Assembly (NCBI GenBank): GCA_964016885.1
Contig: OZ024745.1
Coordinates: 14,508,001 to 14,572,000, forward strand
DNA: 64,000 bases
Reading direction: 5' to 3'
Source: Eledone cirrhosa
Lineage: Eukaryota
Shown: positions 53,870-64,000 of the stretch, piece after piece
Numbering within the stretch: position 1 is the stretch's first letter
Layout of the letters: each line of letters opens with the position of its first letter
Made by a program: the position numbers and the translations under genes
Notes under the pieces: model-generated
Databases searched by the model: none
Seen by the model: only the letters and a program-made list of their open reading frames with translations
Told to the model about the DNA's origin: nothing

Positions 53870-55835
53870 CAATGTCAGACTGGAACCGTCACCACCCCTA
53901 GCAATTAGCATCAGTAGCACACCTTACACCTCATCTCCACACCCATTTATATACTCTAAGGGTAATACTGGCAGCATTTTAGTACCATCTACCCTGGGGA
54001 TACTCCCATGTACTTCTAATTCTGATATCTCGGCCGTGGTCTACTCAAACTGCATTGCACAAATATATGATTAATATAAACTGTAGACACGGTATTGGTT
54101 GTGATAACATAATCCTGTGCATGGAATGCCACCATGAGATAGATTGATGATTAGGTAGGTAATCTTATTGTTATGTGACTATATACTCTATACGATCAGT
54201 TCAATGAATTATGCACAGGTGATACATGAGTTAGGAGTTTCTGTGTTGCTTGATGACCTGATTGGTATCTTTTGATGAGAGAACTGGCCCCCGGACCACC
54301 CTGGTGAATTTACCAGGGATGCAGTCATACAATGACCTGAAACTTGCGTGGAGTCTTGTATGATAATAAGACCCTTATTAGTAGTGAGATCCATATAATT
54401 AATTTTGTAGTCTGACTCTTCTTATAGATTGCCCAGGTGTGGCACTCCATATTAGATTGTAATCATCATGATATGAACTCCTTTAGTACTTATTAATAGA
54501 CTCCACTCTAATTTGTAGATAAGATACCTATTTTAATTTATATGTGAGATGGGAGTTTATGTATTGCTTGGTGGCCAGACTGGTGTCCTTATATGAGAGA
54601 TTTGATCTCCAGATTGTAATCATCATGATATGAACTCCTTTAGTACCTATTAATAGACTCCACTTTAATTTGTAGATAAGATACCTAATTTAATTTATAT
54701 ATGAGATGGGAGGTAATCTATTGCTTGATGGCCAGACTGGTGTCTTTATATGAGAAATTTGATCTCCGGACCATCCTGAAGATATTCAGATTTACCAAGG
54801 ATTCAGACATACAATGACCCAGAGCCTACCGAGAGTCATATATAATAATAGGACCATGCCAGGTCCTGCGGGAGGAATTACATTTACAAAGAACATTGAT
54901 TTGGGGGTCTGACTCCTCTTATAGAAGGTTCAGATATGACACCCCTTAATAGAAGGTAACCATCCTGATATATACAACTTAGTACTTCTTAATAGACAAC
55001 ACTGTAACCTATAAATAAGTAACATAATCTAGAAATTAGTTATAACATCATATGATAGGCACTTATTTGAAACACCATTAATGTAATTCAGGATAATAAA
55101 TTTAACTAAGAAAACCAGCTAGTTACCTCCCCTTACGCATTAATTCCCCTTGGTCATACAGACACTTCCGGAATATAATATCATCGCACAAAACTAAACA
55201 ACATGATCTATTAATTAAGAATCGACAAGATACGGTTTATAACTTGGTTATATGCTGAACCACCGTGGATTATATGATAGACCCGTGGTCTATATATTGC
55301 GTCTCATGGATTATGTGAGTGGTGGTGTTCGCGAAGACAGTGGTACTGTTTTGCCTACGATATAATACGGTTTATAATATGTTTGAAATTTTTGATATTT
55401 TGGTGTTTCTCTACATTCGGGATTGTATACCATACAGGTGTATGCGAAAAAATGATTTAACAATTCAGCCCACATAATACTATCGATTGCCTGCTTCAAC
55501 TGCCTGACCCTGCAAATAACATTCTGACGCACTCTAATCCCGTATAAATAAGACACGCGTGCATGCTACACGTGAGATTGTTTCATACACTGACTACTCT
55601 AAACTTTCCTCTTGCTTTATCTTCATAGACTGCCAATGCTTCATTTTTATTTTCATTTTTATTTTTATTTTTATTTTTATTTTTATTTTTATTTTTATCC
55701 TTTAACCTTTATATGTAAATTGCCATGCTATATCATTTTGATGGATGTCATCCCACTGTGGATCAATATGTGCATATGTTTTATATGTCTCTTGTGTTGA
55801 AAAGGAGGTCAAGTATGTTATAGATCACTAAATAG

Positions 55836-55884
55836 TTGCTCCGAAGAAACCAAACCTCGGTTTGGAGGAAACAATTGTAAGCAA
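55836..55884 (+). ncRNA. Type I hammerhead, CCGAAGA core variant, in the PLE-2 3' region
   Basis: TTGCT-CCGAAGA-aa CCAAAC ctcg GTTTGG ag-GAAA-C AATT G-TA-AGCAA; palindromic loop III; predicted cut after 55879. Confidence 0.65.
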
Positions 55885-56081
55885 ATAAATGATTTAAACT
55901 GAACTTTGATTATTGTAATCTCTATATAACTGCTCTGTAAAACAACCGATGTTATTACATTGAGCTATTTATCTTACTGGTAATAAGATAGTAATTAATC
56001 TTTCACTATTTAAGGTTTGTATAAAAAATATATTACCATAAAATGTTTTATTACATACATAACCATAAATAGTATCCTTAA

Positions 56082-56115
<34 letters not shown>

Positions 56116-57179
56116 GTACCTTCCTTTATACCCACTTTACATCCTCTCATGCTTAGAGTACTACACCGATTTCCTAATTTGTGATCTTCTTAGTCTCGGC
56201 ACTGCAGACTTTTAATATATATATATATTTAGTGGGGGCCAACTCTGTGGTATCTGATCGAAGCTTCTGATTTCTGTATAACTTTCTCTCTTCTCACCAG
56301 TCGCAGATGCTTTGAAAAGTGTCATGTTCTCTGCAATTTCTTTCTTTATTAAACAGTAAAAAATATTAATACTGCGATAGGATAGCAATTTTTTGGTGTT
56401 TCTGTATAAAAAAAAAGATCACATTATCTTCGATTGGTTGAGTGTAGAGGTATATCCTGCACAGATCGCGACTTGTTTGGCTCCATTCTCCACAACACGC
56501 TACATAATGACCATAGTGAGATATTTGTTATATTTAACATGACGTAATTTTGGAATGTGAATCGGCAGAACTGATGGACGTGTTAAGATGTGAATAGAAA
56601 TAGATTAATAACCAGTTCAAATGAAAGTGAGAAGAGATTACTACCTAAAGGCAACGTAGCATAAGTCTATCTGTATTTTCATTGTAATCTATCATTCCAA
56701 GTATTAAACAAACAGCTTATTTACAAGTCGCAATGTGGTAGTTTATTATCGAATAACAAATGCAATGCAGCCTTTGGAATAAGTGGTTTATTGATATCTT
56801 AATTATGCAATAGACTAACAATTGGTTGAAAAGTGAATTTGAGTATGCTGAGTTTTAGGGCATGGTATAGTAATAAAATTCATCTATGTGAGAAAATTAC
56901 ATTCGTATAGAATTCAAAATCAGACATGGAATTCTACTGGAATTAACCGAAGTCCCTGCAGGTTTGGTGAAATAATTACTAATCCTATATTGTGTTTACT
57001 ATAACAACTTTAACCTTTTCCCATATATGTAAGAAATCAATAATAACCGCCAAAAGCTTAGATTTATCAATGTTACGTATTCTATCTTTACAAAAAGATA
57101 CACTGGTTTATAAAATATCATCAAATAGTTGATATTGTCAGTAGCTGATATTCTTATCTTTTCTGTATCATATCAAATA

Positions 57180-57567
57180 TAATTGTTTCTACTTTAGTCA
57201 CAAGGCCAGCAATTATCTCAGTGGTACTTCATTTTATCGACCCCGTAAGGATGAAAGGCAAAGTTAACCTCGGCGGGATTTGAACTCAGAATGGCAAGGG
57301 CAGTAACTCTATGCGATACTGCCAATCCACCGCCCTCATATCAAATATAATGGTTTCTTATATAGGCACAAGGTCAGTAATTTGGGGGGAGGGGAAAGTC
57401 GATTAAATCGACCCCAGTGCGTGACTGGTACTTTATTTTATCGACCCCATAAGGATGAAAGGCTAAGTTAACCTCGGCGGGATTTGAGCTCAGATCATAA
57501 AGAGCCGTAACTCTATGCTGCAAAGCATGGCGTCCGACCCTCTACCGATACTGCCAATCCACCGCCC
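57180..57567 (-). mobile_element. Two tandem SINE-A copies with a triplicated target site
   Basis: tcatatcaaatataat at 57168-57183, 57336-57351 and 57568-57583. Confidence 0.92.
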
Positions 57568-57659
57568 TCATATCAAATATAATACTAACAAATAATATGT
57601 ATGGTTTACCAGTCGTTCGAACGTCAAAAGTGACTGTTTGCCTACCTCTCGTCTCGCTC

Positions 57660-57780
57660 TCTTGTTATTGGTCTGCTTCTTTTTTCCCTGGCCCTCAAAA
57701 TCTACCTTGAATTTTCAGTAGACTACATCAATCTTCGGTAAACGATGTGACCAAACCATCGGAGTTGGCACTACTGGATG
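57660..57780 (-). mobile_element. Decayed RTE C-terminal fragment
   Basis: Minus strand reads QLRWFGHIV then KRSRPITR. Confidence 0.4.
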
Positions 57781-58593
57781 ATTTGGATAATTGTATTATC
57801 TTACTATACCTTTTGTTTTCCAAATGCAATAAAAACATTTTCTTTCAAGATTGACGAAGATGAATACAGTGACGAAAAATAGCAACCTATAACATGAAAG
57901 ACCAGCTCATTTGCAAACCCATTATGAGAAGAATATATTTCTCATTCTCTCCTGACCATTACCTATACTCAATGCAGTACTCTAGTCGGTGGTTCTTATA
58001 AAATACTTGGTCATATCAGAAGTTTCTAAATATCTTGAAACTACCCATTGTTAAATACGCCATGATGCTATTTTGTTATATTTCCCTCACATATATTTAC
58101 ATAGTTTCCCAGATTATTTGGAAAGTTTTCATTATATATATTGTGTATCATATACAGCCCTTTTCTCCTTTTTTAGAGTTTATTAAAACAACAAACATGT
58201 TTAGATAGATAGATACAGTAAAACATTTAGATGCATGTAAATCCATCAGTATGCAGCAAAAATGTATAACTTGAAAATAAATATGCTACGGTGTGGGTAT
58301 CTGAATGATTTTTAAATCTTAAAAGGTTAGATAAATCAAAATGTCAAGTAAAGTGAAGGGTACACTACATAGATGTAACATAGAATATTCCCTGCTGACC
58401 TTTTATAAACTAATCGACAGAGCTAGATTTTGCATAGAAATTCAAAAGAAGATAGTAAACAAACTGACATTTGAAGTGGAAGGTAAATCTGTATGAGAAC
58501 AGCCACTGCAATAACATTAAAAATACATTCACAGAACTATAGTGTATAGAATCAGTGATAAACTACATGTCGCACAGACATAACATGGATGCT

Positions 58594-59489
58594 CACACAC
58601 ACACACACACATACCCTAACACTAACACACATATACACACACGTACTAACAGACACATACACACACCCTAACACACATACACACACTCATACACACACAC
58701 TAACAGACACATACACACACCCTAACACTAACACACATGCACACACACGCACACACTAACATACACATACACACACACTCATACACTCACCAATGTACAC
58801 ACTAACAGACACATACACACACCCTAACACTAACACACATACACACACTCATACACACACACACTAACATACACATACACACACCCTAACACTAACACAC
58901 ATACACACACACTCATACACTCACCAATGTACACACTAACAGACACATACACACACCCTAACACTAACACACATACACACACTCATACACTCACCAATGT
59001 ACACACTAACAGACACATACACACACCCTAACACTAACACACACACACACTCATACACTCACCAATGTACACACTAACAGACACATACACACACACGCAC
59101 ACACTCACCAATGTACATGTATGGACACAGAAGTTTACAACAGTTTAGACCCATCCACAGACATTCCTCAAAGAACTACACATTCGCACACACACATGTG
59201 TGCATCCTTGTACATGTCCACACACACACATGTGTGCATCCTTGTACATGTCCACACACACACATGTGTGCATCCCTGTACATGTCCACACACACACACA
59301 CAGATATATATTTGTTTGTGTGTGTGTGGGTGTGTGTGTGTGTGGCGTGTGTGTGTGTGTCTGTGTGGGGTGGGTGGTGGTGTGTGTGTGGGGTGGGTGG
59401 GTGCTGGTGTGGTGGTGTGTGTCGGTGTGTGTGTGGGTGGGTGCTGGTGTGTGTGTGTGTGTGTGTCGGTGTGTGTGTCGGTGGGTGCT

Positions 59490-59540
<51 letters not shown>

Positions 59541-59766
59541 ATCCGTGTGAGAGTCTTTCCAATATGTCTTTTTCCATTTCTCTTTATATATTTAAAGTGC
59601 TCTCAGAATCAGAAATACATTCAAACATGCACACACACACACGCACACACACACATATATATATATAAATATGCGCGCGTGTGTGTGTGTGAGTGTGTGC
59701 GTGTGTGCGTGTTTGAGTATTTGTGTGTATATATATATATATACAAACACACACACATGTATATAT

Positions 59767-59848
<82 letters not shown>

Positions 59849-59945
59849 GTGTGTGCGTGTGTTTGTATTTATATGTATATATATGCGTGTGTGTTTGTGT
59901 GTGTATATATATATAGATAGATAGATAGATAGACAGATAGATAGA
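58594..59945. repeat. CA/TG/TA compound micro- and minisatellite field
   Basis: acactaacagacacatacacacaccctaacactaac units, then GT-rich, (TA)n and (GATA)n tracts. Confidence 0.95.
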
Positions 59946-60887
59946 GTTTGCCCTTCATTTCATTTCGATTAACATAGTATTTGTTAAGCAACACACCAGA
60001 AATGTATCCATGTAAAGACTGCTTGATTTACTTTACTTTCCAACATATTCAGTGCGCAGTTTCCTTTTCAAATTTGTTTCATTCACCAGGTGAATGTTTC
60101 ATTTATAACCTAAACTGTTCTAATGAAAGCACTTATATTTTTTCTACATATATATATATATAGAAATACATTTTCAGCATAAGAAAAACTAATGCCAACA
60201 AAATCCCATAGTCTAGAAAGAGACATTTATGCCTTCCAGTATCTTTATGCATATATGTATTCATTGCTGTCCTCGTATTCCTATTCCCACAGAAGGTTTT
60301 TAAATATTTTGCAGATGTCCATCTTTATATTACATGATTGAATTTTCCAGATTATGAACCAGTCTTGCTTAGAAAGTAGAATTCGCTCCAAGACCATTTC
60401 ATAAGTTTAGTACTTCTCTGACAAGTTATGAATAATATATAAGTTGAAGTTTTCATTGGTTTAACTATTAAGTAAATCATCCTTCTGTCTGCATGACAAC
60501 TCTGTCCAATGTATCATTCATCCTCCGTTTCACTATATACCTCTAAGTGTATCATATTTATACAATTAGCTCTCTTTTGGATAATATAGATACAATATTG
60601 GAAGTAAGTGTTATATAATATGTATCAGAATATATGAATATATATGAATAAGAAAATGGAAATATAAGAGATATCTATATAAATAAAAGTGGAATATCGT
60701 CCGTCCGTGTGTCAGTCCACATGGAAGTGGGATGGTGAACATTCTACGGTGAAAAAAAATCAAACAGTGTTTCAACTCTGTGTGAGTATATGTGTGTTTA
60801 TGTGTAAATGTATGTGTGTATAAAAGGGAGCTATGTGGATGCTTGTGTGTGTGTGTATATGTGTGTTTGTGTGAAATATATTTATAA

Positions 60888-61070
60888 ATAATTGTTTCTA
60901 GTTTTGGCACAAGGCCAGCAATTAGCCAGTATATTACTGGTACTTTATTCTATCGACCCCGTAAGGATGAAAGGCAAAGTTAACCTCGGCGGGATTTGAA
61001 CTCAGAATGGCAAGGGCCGTAACTCTATGCGTCAAAGCATGGCGTCCGACCCTCTACCGATACTGCCAAT
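60888..61070 (-). mobile_element. SINE-A
   Basis: Head to tail match; tataaataat duplicated at both ends. Confidence 0.9.
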
Positions 61071-61139
61071 ATAAATAATATTTGAGTGAGTGTATATGTG
61101 TTTGTGTGTGTTTATTTAGAAAGATACACAGACAATAGA

Positions 61140-61195
<56 letters not shown>

Positions 61196-61576
61196 CCAGT
61201 ATATATATATATAAATATAAACAGACACTTAGAAAAATAATTATTACATACACATACACCAATGTGATGAGTTGGAAGGCAGGAGGCTGTGGTAAAATAT
61301 AGAAAACAATGAACAGTGTACGCTACATCTGTGTTACTCATACATACACACACGCACAGACACACACATTCACATACACATACTCACACGCACACATACA
61401 TACACACACACATATATGTGTGTGTGCATGCAATGATTATTTTCTCTATTGAGTCAGTTTATGTATATGTTTGTGTAGATGTGTGTGTATGTAATAATTA
61501 TCAAGGCATCCCATTTATGATCATTATTCCACTAATTGTCATTAAGAATTAATATGAGAGTCCATATCCTAAAAAA

Positions 61577-61766
61577 ATAATTGTTTCTACTTTAGGCACA
61601 AGGCCAGCAATTACCCAATGCATTACTGGTACTTCATTTTATCGACCCCGTAAGGATGAAAGGCAAAGTCAACCTCAGCGGGATTTGAACTCAGATCGTA
61701 AAGGGACGTAACTATGCTGGAAAGCATGGTGTCCGACCCTCTACTGATACTGCCAATTCACCGCCT
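61577..61766 (-). mobile_element. Full-length SINE-A with 18 bp TSD
   Basis: TSD atatcctaaaaaaataat at 61564-61581 and 61769-61786. Confidence 0.92.
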
Positions 61767-61856
61767 ATATATCCTAAAAAAATAATGACTTACAGGACTT
61801 TGTAAGTAAACTAGTAGAAATAAGAGAAAAAAGGATCCCAAGTGATGACAATCAGA

Positions 61857-62232
61857 TGATTGGCAGTATCGGTAGAGGGTCGGACGCCATGCTTTGACGC
61901 ATAGGCCCTTGCCATTCTGAGTTCAAATCCCGCCGAGGTTAACTTTGCCTTTCATCCTGACGGGGTCGATAAAATAAAGTACCAGTAATGTACTGGGATA
62001 ATTATTGGCCTTGTGCGAAAAGTAGAAACAATTATTACCAGTGGGTGAATTGGCAATATCGGTAGAGGATCGGATGCCATGCTTTCCAGCATAGCTACGT
62101 CCCTTTACGTTCTGAGTTTAAATCCTGCCAAGGTTAACTTTGCCTTTCATCCTTACGGGGGTCGATAAAATAAAGTACCAGTAATGTACTGAGATAATTG
62201 CTGGCTTTGTGCCAAAAGTAGAAACAATTATT
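61857..62232 (+). mobile_element. Two tandem SINE-A copies
   Basis: Both are followed by attattaccagtggg. Confidence 0.9.
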
Positions 62233-62236
62233 ACCA

Positions 62237-63138
62237 GTGGGAAATAGAGTTGAGAATGAAATTGATTTAGAAACATTTATCTTTGAGGACATTGCAGTTA
62301 ATTACACTAATACAGAATGGATGTCAGACAGAATAATTTTAGCTGCTAAAAACGATAATGTTGATGCTATTAATATACGACTACTTACCAAAGTAGAGGA
62401 ATATAGATTAAGAACTTACAATTCTATAGATCAAGTAGTGGATACAAATGAAGCAGTAGATTTTCCGGTTGAGTTCTTCAATTCATTAGAATTATCGGGA
62501 TTTCTACCATATGAAGTGAATTTGAAGAAAGGAGCTCCAATAATTCTTTTGAGAAATTTACAAACTCAAAAAAGTTATACACCGGAACGAGGTTAATAGT
62601 GGAATCCCTTACAAATAATGTAATTGAAGCAAAAATACAAAATGTAAAGTACAAAAATTAATTAGTATTATTACCAAGAATTAAATTACTTGCAGAGGAG
62701 CCAGTGAGGTTTACAAGATTACAATTTCCAGTTAAACTAAGTTTTGCTATGACAATAAATCATAAGGTCAAACATTTAAAAAAGTTGGTATCAATCTTAA
62801 AAATGAAGTATTTTCTCATGGACTACATGTATAACTTTCAAGATTGGAAGATCCTAATAATCTTTATTATTACATAAAAGATGAGGGCGGTGGATTGGCA
62901 GTATCGGTAGAGAGTCGGACACCATGCTTTGCAGCATAGAGTTACGGCCCTTTGCAGTCTGAGTTCAAATCCCGCCGAGGTTAACTTTGCCTTTCATCCT
63001 TAAGAAGTCTATAAAATAGGGGTCTATTTAATCGACTTTCCCCTCCCCCCAAATTACTGGCCTTGTGCCTATAGTAGAAACAATTATTACACAAAAGATG
63101 AAAATGTTAAAAATATTGTTTATGATGAAGTTCTTTAG
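62237..63138 (+). pseudogene. Helitron PIF1-family helicase C-terminal fragment
   Basis: ILAAKN..VDAIN, FPVEFFNSL, LKKGAPIILLRNL, GTRL, PRI, RLQFPVKLSFAMTIN, VFSHG and KNIVYDEVL*; frameshifted and interrupted by a SINE. Confidence 0.88.
62886..63088 (+). mobile_element. Full-length SINE-A inserted in the Helitron helicase remnant
   Basis: TSD attattacayaaaagatga at 62866-62884 and 63083-63101. Confidence 0.92.
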
Positions 63139-63609
63139 ATATAAACAAATTTCTTTTTTTAAATTAAACCAAAAGTAAAAACAAAACTGCCCCCCCCCCA
63201 TAATTAACTGGACGATTTAAAACAAAACATTATACTCGCTACTGATCGAATTTTATCAATATTATATGTTGTTGAATATAATATTCTGAAACGAGGTTAT
63301 TGTTAAATTAATTTGATATCGATACTATAAAGCTGAGGGCCGTATGTAGGTAACAAACTTTCCGCCAAATGGTTGGACCAAACAGCACCAGATTTGCATC
63401 ATAGATGTAACTTTTTCCAAGTAAAAAAGTGAGCGTAGTTTTGTCTACTGAATTTTGTTAAAAAATTAAAGACATTATTTAAATATTCACTTCTTTAAAA
63501 TTTAAAATGTCAACACATCCGGTTATACGTCATTCCTCACTTTTTCTTATGACGTCGCACAACATTCCCCTCTTTTTCTTAGTCTGTATGTCTGGCTCTC
63601 TGCATTAGA

Positions 63610-63727
63610 TAACGTTTTTCGAAATATTTACTTCTGCGTTCTCAGACGGATTTTTTTAGTTTCAGAAGATCCCGTTAAGGGTGAAAAGAGCGATTCTTTA
63701 CTTAAACTTTAATCTGTTATTTTAATA
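63610..63727 (+). mobile_element. Solo 3' end of a PLE family 1-related element
   Basis: Matches 6235-6350 including agtttcagaagatcccgttaagggtgaaa and ends at a TA run. Confidence 0.85.
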
Positions 63728-63825
63728 TATATATTCGTGTACAGATATTTTTGCATACACAAAAACAAAAACCTATTTATTTCACGAAAGCACAGTCGGC
63801 TTATCGTCATTGTTACTGTTTGAGG

Positions 63826-64000
63826 TCTTTCCAAGATCTGAGAACCATCAATGCCATCAATGTTCCACTTACCATTTGGCTTGCCAGATGCGTGGTATGT
63901 TACACAATGACAGCCATTGCAAGAAGCAGCAACTGCTAAAGTTCCTTCTCAGCTGCGAAAACATTTTGCTATTATGCTGCACAACTGCGATCTCCCCGAC
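63826..64000 (+). pseudogene. Helitron Rep-helicase inter-domain fragment
   Basis: SFQDLRTIN...TYHLACQMRGML.ND.H...LQEAA....PSQLR..FAIML..C..PD, the conserved Helitron linker; runs off the window. Confidence 0.75.

Larger units (their letters stand above)
51787..56085 (+). mobile_element. Penelope-like element family 2 with direct pseudo-LTRs and internal deletion
   Basis: 51787-52005 is a direct repeat of 55873-56085; ORF remnants between them; ~2.2 kb 3' region with a 157 bp tandem duplication (54454-54767); ends in (TA)n. Confidence 0.92.

Noticed and set aside
49624-54394. Two identical 61 aa ORFs on opposite strands
   Set aside because: They are the same antisense stretch of the PLE-2 3' UTR in the two palindrome arms, with no recognisable motif
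48495-56085. Palindrome as a fold-back read artefact
   Set aside because: The arms differ by several substitutions and indels and the spacer has coherent pseudo-LTR structure; not fully excluded without reads
58610-59040. CCCTAA motifs as interstitial telomeric repeat
   Set aside because: Single CCCTAA hexamers sit inside CA-rich minisatellite units and are never tandem

Overview
AT-rich, microsatellite-dense animal genomic DNA with no confidently identifiable host gene. The SINE families look like those of octopod cephalopods (my recognition, not a database result). The window is mostly transposon debris. It holds two families of Penelope-like retroelements (PLEs; RT plus C-terminal GIY-YIG endonuclease with a CxCx5C linker, Hydra-clade-like) inserted in (TA)n: a ~3 kb copy at 3405-6356 and a ~7.6 kb palindromic double copy at 48495-56085. 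It also holds many tRNA-derived SINEs, RTE, CR1-like and RLE (R4/Dong-like) LINE fragments, mariner-type MITEs, and Helitron pieces. The most unusual signal is a set of about ten type I hammerhead-ribozyme folds, all beside (TA)n tracts. They include three non-canonical cores (CAGAAGA, CCGAAGA, and UUGAAAA with a compensatory U3-A8 pair), and several sit in short non-coding fold-back inserts. A second signal is a SINE whose target-site duplications all begin with ATTAT. All alignments and folds were done by eye, so boundaries are approximate.
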